Shown: in pieces, positions 46,423-55,788 of the stretch | How the letters are laid out: each line of letters starts with the position of its first letter | How positions within the stretch are numbered: the first letter of the stretch is position 1 | Assembly (NCBI GenBank): GCA_015228975.1 | Contig: JADGCN010000003.1 | Coordinates: 1,617 to 65,616 of the forward strand | Source: Magnetococcales bacterium | GTDB lineage: Bacteria; Pseudomonadota; Magnetococcia; Magnetococcales; UBA8363 | Reading direction: 5' to 3' | Length of the DNA: 64,000 nt | The notes under the pieces: generated by a model | What the model saw: only the letters and a program-made list of their open reading frames with translations | Told to the model about the DNA's origin: nothing | Database searches by the model: none | Program-made: the position numbers and the translations under genes

Positions 46423-48351
46423 TCAGGGCGCTTTTGTTTGGGTTGTGGTGACCTGTATGCCCGGCAATTTTTCCGCAGGATGAACAAAACGGCGTCGGTT
46501 GACGAACAGGCTGTTGCCTTCCTGTTTTTTAGCCTCTTTCTTGGCCTGGCTGGCCAGGGTGGCCACGTCGAAATAGTTGTGGCAGCGTTCGACATCGGGA
46601 ATGGCGACGCCTATGGAGAGGGAGATCAAACCAAAAAAAGTGGGGTTGCCTTTGCGGTTGGCAGCGCGGATGCCGCCTGCTGCCAAGTCTTCTTCGTCGT
46701 AGAATCCCGGGACCATGGTGGCGAAGGCCGCAAGACTGTCGCGACAAACCGTCTCCCAGTCTCCTGAACGAATGATCATGATAAAATCATCACCACCGAT
46801 ATGACCCAAAAAATCTTTGCCACGATCCAACTGGCTCATCAAGGCGGTGGCGGTGGCCCGAATGACGCCGTCCCCTTTGGAAAATCCATAGATATCGTTG
46901 TATGGCTTGAAATTATCCAAATCGCAATAGGCTATGGCAAACGGTTCCTTGTACTCAAGACAAAGCTCCACGGTCTCCTGGATGGGGCCGTTTCCTGGAA
47001 GCATGGTCAGGGGATTGGTGTTGCGGGCACTCAACACCTGCAATTGGGTGATGCGGCGCAACAGATCCATGACATTGATCATTCCCTTGTAATGGCCGTG
47101 GTGCGTCACGATAAAATCACCCTCCTGAAGTTCGCCACGACGGCTGGTCATGGTCTGGCTGACCTGTTCAATTGGGGTATCTTGTTCAAAGATGGGATGG
47201 ATGGCATCCATGACCGACGCAACCGGTTTGCGATCATACAGCGAATGGCCATAGGCTGAGAGAAACAAACCGAGAAAACTGTTACGAAATATGACACCTT
47301 TGGGTTTGCCATCCAATACGACCGGAATGGAGCGCAAGGTTTCCCGGGTGCGAAATAGGTCAACCACATCGTGGCACGACACATCGGGTGCTACAGGTTT
47401 GACCCATTGAACCAGATCAGCCAACGTGGCTCCTCTCTGGGAGGAAATTCCAGCGGAGGCTTGGTGATTGTTGGCTGGTTTGACCACGGAAGCCATTGTG
47501 GGCCAGGGGTGTTCGGTATCTTCCTGTATTTCTGTCCCGGGTTTGCCGATATAAAATCCTTGCATGAAATCGACCTGTAAATCACACAGCAAGTGCATGA
47601 TTTCCTGGGTTTCGATACCTTCGGCCACCACTTTGCAGCCGGTATCATGGGCCATGCGGATCAGGGAGCGGACAAAATCCTGATTGAGTGGGTTGGTGGT
47701 GATCTCTTTCAAAAAACAGTGATCCAGCTTGACATAATCGGGTTTGAGTTCAAACCAGGCCCGGAGCCCGGAGTGGCCGGCACCCAGGTCATCAATGGCC
47801 ACCTCAAAGCCCCGGGCGCGATAATGGTCTACCGCTTGGGCAATAAGGTCATAATCGGTGATGGGAAGATTTTCCGTAATTTCGATGACCACCTGGTTGG
47901 AATGGATGCCCAATTCCTGCATGAAGCGTGTGGTGGTACCCTGGGTGTAGCTGGGATCCAGGAGGCAGTGCGGACTGACATTGAGAAACAATTTGGAGCG
48001 GACGTCCTGTTGGGCGAATCGTTCCAGGGAAAGTTTGCGGCATAAGATTTCCAGATCTTTGGTTCTTTCCAGTTTGTTGGCCATGGAGAACAATGCACAA
48101 GGCATATGCAGTGGACTCCCCGCCGGGCCACGGATCAAGGCTTCGTGACCGAAAATCTTATCCTGGCCAAGGGCGACGATGGGCATGAAATGGGGAATCA
48201 GATGGCAGTCTTCCAAAAGAGTGTTAAATTCTCTTTGTAATAACTGCTTATCATCGGAATGATCCTCTGAAGTTGCATCATCTGAAGTGGTATCAACATG
48301 TTGCAGGGCACGTCGTTGTTGTGTGACTCGGGTCAGTATGTTTTGGAACAT
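46423..48351 (-). CDS. EAL-CBS-CBS-GGDEF(degenerate GGDDF) signalling protein
   Basis: EAL motifs are EALIRG, EITE, IDDLGAGHSG, KLD, AEGIET and QGFYIGKP. The middle is a tandem CBS-like region. The C-terminal GGDEF fold has the signature GGDDF. The start is ATG 48351, preceded by GAGGA. Confidence 0.85.
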   Translation of the reverse strand: MFQNILTRVTQQRRALQHVDTTSDDATSEDHSDDKQLLQREFNTLLEDCHLIPHFMPIVALGQDKIFGHEALIRGPAGSPLHMPCALFSMANKLERTKDLEILCRKLSLERFAQQDVRSKLFLNVSPHCLLDPSYTQGTTTRFMQELGIHSNQVVIEITENLPITDYDLIAQAVDHYRARGFEVAIDDLGAGHSGLRAWFELKPDYVKLDHCFLKEITTNPLNQDFVRSLIRMAHDTGCKVVAEGIETQEIMHLLCDLQVDFMQGFYIGKPGTEIQEDTEHPWPTMASVVKPANNHQASAGISSQRGATLADLVQWVKPVAPDVSCHDVVDLFRTRETLRSIPVVLDGKPKGVIFRNSFLGLFLSAYGHSLYDRKPVASVMDAIHPIFEQDTPIEQVSQTMTSRRGELQEGDFIVTHHGHYKGMINVMDLLRRITQLQVLSARNTNPLTMLPGNGPIQETVELCLEYKEPFAIAYCDLDNFKPYNDIYGFSKGDGVIRATATALMSQLDRGKDFLGHIGGDDFIMIIRSGDWETVCRDSLAAFATMVPGFYDEEDLAAGGIRAANRKGNPTFFGLISLSIGVAIPDVERCHNYFDVATLASQAKKEAKKQEGNSLFVNRRRFVHPAEKLPGIQVTTTQTKAP

Positions 48352-48649
48352 AAAATGGATCCTCAAAGAATTAAATTGGTGGCGTGCTTGAAAATAGATA
48401 TCATGCTTTTGGAAACCGCCAGAATCATGCCAGCCTGACCCATTTTTGGGAAAGTGCAGGCGATGTCCCATGAAAAACATTTGAATAGATGAACTTTTTT
48501 AAATGTTTTGTGTCTTTGACAGTTCGTTTTTGCTAGTCACCAGGTGCCGAATGCTGGTGAAATCGGCTCAAAGATAGTTTCAATGATGCAAATATTTTTG
48601 AGCTTTCCGTGTGGCCCCGGCACGGGCCATGTTTCATCCCCAAAAGGGG

Positions 48650-49420
48650 CTACGGGGATCTGCGGGCGGGTTGGAAATGGTTCCGGGATGCGATGATCCC
48701 GGTGTATTCCTGGATTGCATCGGCCAGGGATCGGGCGACTTTATTTTGTGTCTCTTCCTGACGTAAGCGGATTTCTTCCCGCCGATTGACGATGACCCCG
48801 ACTTCAACCAAGACCGCAGGCATGTCGGCGGTTCGCAATACGACCAGATTGTCGTATCGATAAATGCCCAGATTGGCATGAAACATAGCGTGCCGTTCAC
48901 CGGGTACATCCAGGGCATGATGTTGGGTGGGTACAAAACCTTGTTGTTTCAGTTTTTGCCCCAGCAGCGTGGCCAGGAGCAAACTTTTGTGGAATTCGGT
49001 ATTCCTGGTGGAAACCAGTAACGAAAAACCCTGGAACAGGTCACAGTAGTGCAATTTTTGACCATGGTACGTCCATTCGTTGAGGTAGTAGGATTGCACC
49101 GAGTCATGGTGAATGGAAAGAAATAGGTCGGCCTTGTTTTTTTGGGCGATCTGCGTTCTGGAGTACAAATTTTTAGGATTGATGATGGGTACGGTATGGG
49201 TAAAACCATGTCTGACCAATTCTTTATTGACCAGTTGTCCCACCTCCAGATTGAATTGAAACTCTCCCCGTCCGTGGGCGCTCATGGCACCAACGTGTTG
49301 TGAGGTATGGCCGATATCCACGGCTATGATTGTGTCCTTCAGATTGGTCTCACCGCTGTGGCCTTGATGTGGCCAGAAGAGAAGAATCCACAATACCAGT
49401 TTACCAATGTATGCGATCAT
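48650..49420 (-). CDS. N-acetylmuramoyl-L-alanine amidase (Amidase_3 family)
   Basis: Signal-like N-terminus. Zn-ligand contexts VDIGHT, ...GEFQFNLEV and DLFLSIHHDS. Confidence 0.8.
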   Translation of the reverse strand: MIAYIGKLVLWILLFWPHQGHSGETNLKDTIIAVDIGHTSQHVGAMSAHGRGEFQFNLEVGQLVNKELVRHGFTHTVPIINPKNLYSRTQIAQKNKADLFLSIHHDSVQSYYLNEWTYHGQKLHYCDLFQGFSLLVSTRNTEFHKSLLLATLLGQKLKQQGFVPTQHHALDVPGERHAMFHANLGIYRYDNLVVLRTADMPAVLVEVGVIVNRREEIRLRQEETQNKVARSLADAIQEYTGIIASRNHFQPARRSP

Positions 49421-49561
49421 GTCTGCGCTTTCAGATGTTCCATGGAAATGGAATAGATAGATATTTATTATCTTGCAATTTCACGCAAAAAGATTTACAG
49501 TGATTGTCGTTCTTAATTTCTTTAATAAGAATTTCCTCTCCTCTTCCGGTCGTGACCCCCC

Positions 49562-51256
49562 ATGGCGGATCCAATTAAAACCTTTATCGATAAAATCAAC
49601 AGCGCCGGTTGGATCGAACGGACCAGGTTTAAGGATATCTTCGCCGACGTTTCCCAAGAATTGTTCGTGCGCTGGGTCACCTTTCCCCTGCTGTATGGCG
49701 ACAGCATCGCGGACATCGAAGTCATTAACATTGGCAACAAAATATCCCTGAATTTTTCTCAGGATCAGGAATCGGTCAGCCGAGTGCCATTGAATTATCT
49801 CTTTCCCCTGATCAACCGGGATCCCAATCGGCGTGCCCCCGGCATGTTTTTCATTGGTTCCACCGCAGATAATCAATTTGTTATTCCTGATTATACTTTG
49901 TCTAAAAAACATGCTGTTATTAATAAAAAACCGAACGGGTGGTTTATTAAAGATTTACAAAGTGAATTCGGTTCCTATGTCAACGGAACGGCGATAGGCT
50001 CCAAGGAAATCCAGCTCAACGATGGTGATCGGGTGGCCATGGGCCGCTACCAATTTATTTTTTTGGCACCCAAAACATTATACGGGCTCCTGTTTGATCA
50101 CAATATTGCAACGCCAGTACCATTACCCAAACCGACAGAAGTCCCAACGCTACCGCCATCACCCAAACCGACAGAAGCCCCGCAGCCGGAACCCCCCGAA
50201 GTTGACAGAACTGCAGAAAAAATTGCAAAAAATATCGAGAAAAATTCAGAGTTTGTCGCCAAATGCATCGCCAACGAACAGTTCGATGGTATCGAAGATA
50301 AATTATTGGTCATCCTCTCATTCATACCCTTCTTCGATATGTTTTCCATTTACGAAAAAAAACAAATTATCTCGTTCCATAGTAAGCTCGTCATGGCCAA
50401 ACCAAAAGAGACCATCTGCAAGGAAAATGATGCCAGCAACAATTTTTTCATTATTCTCAAGGGTTACGTAATGATTCTCAAGGAGGGCAGTCCCATTGCC
50501 CTGAATACCCTGGGGCCGGGGAGGAGCTTTGGTGAAATTGCCTTTTTAACCGGTACGCCGCGTTCCGCCAATGTCGTTGCCAAAGAATCGACGATCCTCC
50601 TGAGTATTGATCGGGAATTTTACGAAAATATTGGACTGGAGATACGGGAAAAATTCAAGGATCAAATCATTCGGCAGATATCGGCGAATATCGTTCAGCA
50701 AAATATTGATATTGCAGAATTCTTCCGGGAAAGGCTGCCCCCGGAGCTCAAAGTGAGCAAAAAAGCGGGACGTCATACCGATCTGGCGGAAAAGAAAAAC
50801 ACATCCAGGGAAGTCCTTGAATTTGTACAGACCAATCCCATTTTTTCCAGCATGACCCCCTATCAAAAATCGGCGCTGGCGGTCCTTTTGGAATCGGTGG
50901 AGTCCTACGAGGCCGGGGAAATCATCATCAAGGAGGGGGCGACCAACAGCAGTCTGTATTTTATCGTAGAAGGGGGCGTTTTTATTACGGTAACCTCGAA
51001 AAATGTCCTGCTGGCTGAGCTGAAAGTGGGCGATATGTTTGGGGAAACCTCCTTGTTCAGCAAAAAATTGACCACAGCCAACGTCATTACCAAAAAACGC
51101 ACCCGCCTGGTTCAGGTTACTCAGGAAGACCTGGATATCATGTCGATCGAAGTCCGTGATAAATTGAAAGATATCGTCCTGGCACAAATCATCAAACGGC
51201 TGACCCTGCAAAACATTGCCATTGTCAACTTTCCAGACACCCAGCCGCGGGATTAG
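49562..51256 (+). CDS. FHA domain protein with two cyclic-nucleotide-binding domains
   Basis: FHA core is GSTADNQFVIPDYTLSKKHAVI......GSYVNG. There are two cNMP-binding signatures, FGEIAFLTGTPRSANVVA and FGETSLFSKKLTTANVIT. A P/T/E-rich linker lies between FHA and the first cNMP domain. Confidence 0.8.
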   Translation: MADPIKTFIDKINSAGWIERTRFKDIFADVSQELFVRWVTFPLLYGDSIADIEVINIGNKISLNFSQDQESVSRVPLNYLFPLINRDPNRRAPGMFFIGSTADNQFVIPDYTLSKKHAVINKKPNGWFIKDLQSEFGSYVNGTAIGSKEIQLNDGDRVAMGRYQFIFLAPKTLYGLLFDHNIATPVPLPKPTEVPTLPPSPKPTEAPQPEPPEVDRTAEKIAKNIEKNSEFVAKCIANEQFDGIEDKLLVILSFIPFFDMFSIYEKKQIISFHSKLVMAKPKETICKENDASNNFFIILKGYVMILKEGSPIALNTLGPGRSFGEIAFLTGTPRSANVVAKESTILLSIDREFYENIGLEIREKFKDQIIRQISANIVQQNIDIAEFFRERLPPELKVSKKAGRHTDLAEKKNTSREVLEFVQTNPIFSSMTPYQKSALAVLLESVESYEAGEIIIKEGATNSSLYFIVEGGVFITVTSKNVLLAELKVGDMFGETSLFSKKLTTANVITKKRTRLVQVTQEDLDIMSIEVRDKLKDIVLAQIIKRLTLQNIAIVNFPDTQPRD

Positions 51257-51264
51257 TTCGACCC

Positions 51265-52344
51265 TTATTTTCCCAAGCGAAGGATTCCTGTTACCTCCTC
51301 CCGATCATGGTAGAGTTGGCGAAACTGCAAGTGGAAAGGGATGCGATTTTCCGACAAGGTATCGACAATACGTGCGCGACACAATAACACTTCTTCGCGG
51401 CGTTTCTTCATGGGCAGTTTTAGATTAAACAAGGCGTTGCGACACCAACCATGCACCCCCCACCGTGCGATCAGATCGGCGACCTTGCGGGGTTTGTCGA
51501 CGATATCGCACAGCAACCAATGGGGAATGACCTGGGGTCGAAAGTGGAAACCATTTTCTCGGATATGGGTTATCATTTTGCTAGCTATCACCTGATCGGC
51601 CAGATCGGCCCGATCCACTGCCGTCACCCGCACCCCCCGTTGCGCCATCACCCAACTCCATCCACCGGGGGCGGCCCCGAGATCAACAGCGGTTTGTCCG
51701 GAATGCGCCCGTACGGGATGGGAATTTCCGGGCTGGGTCAACCATTCCAAAGCTTCGAGCAATTTCAGGGCTGAACGACTGGGGGCATTGTGCGGGGAGC
51801 GCAAACGCACAATGCCCATGGGCCTGTTCGAGCTGTTGTAGGGCAGGGAATACCCCACCAGGGCTTGCACCGAGGAGAGAAAGACCACCTCAGCCCGGAC
51901 ACCACCACCTTGCGGATCATAGATATTGTTTTGTTGCAGGCAATTCAGAATCCTTTCGTGCAATGCTCGACCCAGGGGGGCCAATACCCGTCCCTTTTCG
52001 TCATCGGGCCACCCCAGCCTGAGTTCGGAAAATGGCCCCACCCCGGTCGCCATACTTTCAAGACGCAAACACAATGGAGTCAGCCGATCCTCAGGGGACA
52101 AAGGCTCCACCCCCTCGTCACCAACCAGGAGATGTCGGGTGAACACCAGTTGGTTAAACGAAATTTTTTGCGCCAAAACAGCCGCATCATCCGGGTTGTT
52201 GGTTTTGAAGACAACATATCCCGGATCCGAACGCCACGCACCACCCACACCTCCGCCTTTCTGGATAACGGCAGCCTCGAGTTCAGACTGGCATTCCGAC
52301 TCAAATCCAGGACGGCAAAAGGCAAAGAGTTGCAAGGGTAACAT
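51265..52344 (-). CDS. rlmM: 23S rRNA (cytidine2498-2'-O)-methyltransferase RlmM
   Basis: Aligns along its length with E. coli RlmM: FCRPGFESEC, APSRSALKL, AVDLGAAPGGW, FNLKLPMKKR and QLYHDREEVT. Confidence 0.9.
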   Translation of the reverse strand: MLPLQLFAFCRPGFESECQSELEAAVIQKGGGVGGAWRSDPGYVVFKTNNPDDAAVLAQKISFNQLVFTRHLLVGDEGVEPLSPEDRLTPLCLRLESMATGVGPFSELRLGWPDDEKGRVLAPLGRALHERILNCLQQNNIYDPQGGGVRAEVVFLSSVQALVGYSLPYNSSNRPMGIVRLRSPHNAPSRSALKLLEALEWLTQPGNSHPVRAHSGQTAVDLGAAPGGWSWVMAQRGVRVTAVDRADLADQVIASKMITHIRENGFHFRPQVIPHWLLCDIVDKPRKVADLIARWGVHGWCRNALFNLKLPMKKRREEVLLCRARIVDTLSENRIPFHLQFRQLYHDREEVTGILRLGK

Positions 52345-52362
52345 CCTTATAAAGGTGGCGTG

Positions 52363-52998
52363 TCAGCCCAAACGGACCAATTGACCACCTTCAACCTTGA
52401 CCTTGACCTCAATCAACCCTGGCTTGCCTTCAGGATCGGGTCCCAGGCACCGACCGGATGCCAAGTCAAAAACCCAGTTATGCATCCGACACTCTACCCG
52501 GTCGCCATGGTCCACCCCTTTGCACAACGTGGTTTTGGAATGGGGACACCGGCTCAAATAGACGCGTGCGGTTTCCGGGCCGGTGCGAAAGACGATCAAA
52601 TCACCGTCGGGTTTGTGAACGCAGGCCATTTTATTGAGCGGAAAGTCCGCCATGTTGCCCAGGCGGTTGTCCCCCGCTTCTTTGGTACTCCCCGGGGCCT
52701 CTGGCAGCAGGTCCAAATCGATCAATACCTCAATGGCATCCAACATTTTGTTGAGTCCCGCAGCGGGAAAGGCCATCATGACCGCATCCAGGATTTCCTC
52801 TTTGGTCGCCCCGGCCTTCAATGCCTTGGGGGCGTACTGGCGCAACCCCCGTTCCGTGCCCACGGAAACCTTGGTGACAATCTGGATCAGGCAGCGGGTT
52901 TTATCATCCAACGCCTTGACGCTGTGTTTGTAAAAACTCAGCAGGTGCGTGGCTGCTTCGGGACGAACGGCTCCCAGATAACGTAATGCTTTCGACAT
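52363..52998 (-). CDS. Carboxymuconolactone decarboxylase (AhpD-like) domain fused to a Rieske [2Fe-2S] domain
   Basis: The N-terminal ~100 aa form a CMD-like helical domain. The C-terminal part has CPH-x16-CRMH (CxH...CxxH) in a NirD/Rieske-like context. RBS GGAGGT lies upstream. Confidence 0.7.
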   Translation of the reverse strand: MSKALRYLGAVRPEAATHLLSFYKHSVKALDDKTRCLIQIVTKVSVGTERGLRQYAPKALKAGATKEEILDAVMMAFPAAGLNKMLDAIEVLIDLDLLPEAPGSTKEAGDNRLGNMADFPLNKMACVHKPDGDLIVFRTGPETARVYLSRCPHSKTTLCKGVDHGDRVECRMHNWVFDLASGRCLGPDPEGKPGLIEVKVKVEGGQLVRLG

Positions 52999-53080
52999 GT
53001 GTACCTCCAGTTAGCTTCCTTGTGATAGGCGAATACATTCGTCGGGTCTCATACATTTCACCCGCGGTTCAGGACCAAGC

Positions 53081-55591
53081 TCAGGTGTCATCGGTACGAA
53101 AAGAATCCGATCCCGGCCCATGTCCGCCGCCGTTCCTGTTGCTGCCCCCTGATGAGGGATGCGCATCGTTGGGGCCAAAAGCTTCGCGTGATTCACCACC
53201 CTCTCGTGAACCGGGATGGCCTTTTTTGCGTCCTCTGCCGCGCCCGCCACGACGGGAACGTTTGCGTTTGTTCGGATCCCCTTTGTTGGACTGACCCAAA
53301 CTGGGGTCATGGGCGTTGGGACCCAGGGATTGCTGGTCGATGTCATCCTCGTCGTCGTCCATATCCTGAATGGCATCGGTACTCCCCTGGCCCGGGCTGA
53401 CCTCGTGCAAGGTGTAAAGCCCCGGAAAACGTACAGCCAGGGCCTCCAACTTTTTGATATCCTGTTGGGGCGGTGGCAAAGGCGACGATGTACGAACCAC
53501 TTCCGCAGGCTCGGGAACATCGTCATCGTCATCGTCTGCCGGTGGTCGGGCTTCCGAGGGGACGGCAACGACTCCATCACCAAGTCCCTGCTGATGACCC
53601 TTTTTGCGCCGCCGTTTGCGCCGTCTTTTCTTTTTCCCGGGTTCGCCCGATTCACCCGGGGGGGGATGCTGCCCGGACTCCGAAGCAATCGATTGTTGCG
53701 TGTTGTCTGGTTTGGATGCAGTGGGCGCGGGTGCCGCCACAGATTCCGGCGCAGTTGAAGAAGTTTGTGTCCGGTTCCTCTCCTCTTGCGCTTTATCTGC
53801 CCGATCTTTCTTGCTCTTTTCAACGTGGTTGGTACGAAACTCGGGTGGTTGCAAAGCCATGTCGGCATGGATGTTGATCGTGACCTGACCCACCTCTTCC
53901 AAACGAACCAGTGAGGCACGCTTGTGGTTGAACAGATAATTCACCACATCGTGGGATACCCAATAGTTGAAGACCTGATTTTTACCCTGCGCCACCTCTT
54001 CCTCAATACAGCGATAGGTGTAAATCGCCGCGGATTCCACCGAGCGGATGGTTCCCAAACCTTTGCACCGTGGACATTCGATGCGGTTGGTTTCGCTGAA
54101 TGTGGGGCGCAATCGTTGTCGCGATAACTCCAACAAGCCAAATTGGGAAATACGGCCAATCTGTACTTTGGCGCGGTCATTCTTGAAGGCATCCTTGAGA
54201 CGTTTTTCCACCTCCTGGACATGTTTGCGATCTTCCATATCGATAAAATCAATGACCACCAACCCGCCCAGATCGCGCAATCGCAATTGGCGGGCAATTT
54301 CATCCACGGCCTGCATATTGGTTTTGAACGCGGTCGATTCCACATCTTTTTCCCGGGTGGAGCGACCGGAGTTGATATCGATGGTTACCAATGCCTCGGT
54401 GGGGTCAATGACCAGGTAGCTTCCCGCCTTCAACTGCACCACCCGATCGTGCATGGTTTCAATTTGGCTTTCCACCTGATAGCGGGCGAAAAGCGGGATG
54501 CTTTCCCGGTAGGGTTGCACTACCTTGACGTAACGCGGCATGAGCAAACGCATGAAATCCTTGCCCAACCGGTATCCTTCCTGTCCTTCGATCAGGATTT
54601 CTTCCATATCGGTGGTATAAAGATCGCGGATGGTACGAATGATCAGATCGCCCTCTTCATGGATCAGACAGGGGGGCTTTTTGGTGTTTGCACCCTCAAG
54701 AATCATCTTCCACAAACGCGTTAAGTAGCTGATGTCACGGCTGAATTCACGCTTATTGCGCTGCATGCCCGCCGTGCGGATGATCAGGCTCATTTCCTGT
54801 GGTATCGCCAAGCTGTTCAGGATGGCTTTTAAATTTTTACGTTCCGCCGCATCGGTGATTTTGCGCGAAATACCACCCCCTCCGGGATTTTCCGGCAACA
54901 AAACCGTATAACGTCCCGCCAGGGAAAGATTCGTGGTCAAGGTGGCCCCCTTATTGCCTCGGGATTCCTTGACAACCTGTACCAATACCGTCTGATTGCG
55001 CTGCAATATTTTTTGAATGGGCGGTGGACGGCGCCGGAACTGACGGCGAACCTCTTCCTGGGGTGGGCGGTCTTCCTCTTCTTCTTCCTCTTCCTCGGGG
55101 TCAAGGGATCGTTCTTCGACGGGAGGCGCTTCATCGACGGCGGCCTGCTCCTCGCCCGCGGCATCCTCGATAACGGCGGCTTCGGCATCCTCCGTTGCTT
55201 GTTCTTCAGCGGATGTTGGAACAGACTCGGCGGAAGGCTCCGGGTCCGGGGATGCCGGCGAAAGGTCGGCGATGTTCTCTTCGGACTCCTCGTCGTCCAT
55301 CTCCAACGGCATGGACATGACAGGCGTTTCTTTGGTGGTCAACCCCCCCGGGGTGAAATATTTGGGGTGAATGTCGTTGACCGATAAAAAACCTTGGCGG
55401 CCACCGTGGAACTCGATGAACGCAGCCTGAAGCGAAGGTTCTACCCTGGAAACCCGACCCAGATAGATATTACCCTTGATCTGCTCCTTGTTGGCGGTTT
55501 CAATGTCAAGATCGACAAGTTTGTTGTCCTGTATGATGGCGACCCGGATTTCTTCAGGGTGGGTAGCGTCCACCAGCATGCGTCTGGTCAT
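53081..55591 (-). CDS. rne: Ribonuclease E
   Basis: N-terminal MLVDATHPEEIRVAIIQDNKLVDLDIE, S1 domain and catalytic core (DIN.G, CP.C.G.G Zn-link). Long low-complexity Arg/Glu/Pro-rich C-terminal scaffold. The start is ATG 55591. Confidence 0.9.
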   Translation of the reverse strand: MTRRMLVDATHPEEIRVAIIQDNKLVDLDIETANKEQIKGNIYLGRVSRVEPSLQAAFIEFHGGRQGFLSVNDIHPKYFTPGGLTTKETPVMSMPLEMDDEESEENIADLSPASPDPEPSAESVPTSAEEQATEDAEAAVIEDAAGEEQAAVDEAPPVEERSLDPEEEEEEEEDRPPQEEVRRQFRRRPPPIQKILQRNQTVLVQVVKESRGNKGATLTTNLSLAGRYTVLLPENPGGGGISRKITDAAERKNLKAILNSLAIPQEMSLIIRTAGMQRNKREFSRDISYLTRLWKMILEGANTKKPPCLIHEEGDLIIRTIRDLYTTDMEEILIEGQEGYRLGKDFMRLLMPRYVKVVQPYRESIPLFARYQVESQIETMHDRVVQLKAGSYLVIDPTEALVTIDINSGRSTREKDVESTAFKTNMQAVDEIARQLRLRDLGGLVVIDFIDMEDRKHVQEVEKRLKDAFKNDRAKVQIGRISQFGLLELSRQRLRPTFSETNRIECPRCKGLGTIRSVESAAIYTYRCIEEEVAQGKNQVFNYWVSHDVVNYLFNHKRASLVRLEEVGQVTINIHADMALQPPEFRTNHVEKSKKDRADKAQEERNRTQTSSTAPESVAAPAPTASKPDNTQQSIASESGQHPPPGESGEPGKKKRRRKRRRKKGHQQGLGDGVVAVPSEARPPADDDDDDVPEPAEVVRTSSPLPPPQQDIKKLEALAVRFPGLYTLHEVSPGQGSTDAIQDMDDDEDDIDQQSLGPNAHDPSLGQSNKGDPNKRKRSRRGGRGRGRKKGHPGSREGGESREAFGPNDAHPSSGGSNRNGGGHGPGSDSFRTDDT

Positions 55592-55788
55592 TCGTCGTTT
55601 TTCCTTTGTGTCCGTGTGGCCGACAAGCCCGGGCCAACTGCGGTAATCCGCTGGCGGGCAAAGCGGCAAGATTCAATTGAGAGGTGTGGGAAATAAAGAA
55701 AAAAATAGGGTAGACTGGTGGGCTAACCAACAAGGCTTCTGCGCATTGGAGAGTGTCATTCATGCGCGCATTATAGAAAGTGTTCGTC
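55592..55788. promoter_or_regulatory. Divergent rne / rluC control region including the rne 5' leader
   Basis: 197-nt gap between divergently transcribed rne and rluC, the same arrangement as in E. coli. I could not define promoter elements or leader structure by eye. Confidence 0.35.

Noticed and set aside
46600-46900. The GGDEF domain of the EAL-CBS-GGDEF protein considered as an active diguanylate cyclase.
   Set aside because: The signature reads GGDDF. The catalytic Glu is replaced, so cyclase activity should not be assumed.
50125-50177. Perfect 17-nt direct repeat with 36-nt period.
   Set aside because: It lies in frame inside the FHA-cNMP gene and encodes a duplicated PKPTE(V/A)P linker. 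It is not a CRISPR or regulatory repeat.
53011-53919. 302-aa minus-strand ORF in an alternative frame of the rne 3' region.
   Set aside because: It overlaps the low-complexity C-terminal scaffold of RNase E in another frame. The rne frame is continuous from the catalytic domain, so this is a frame artefact.
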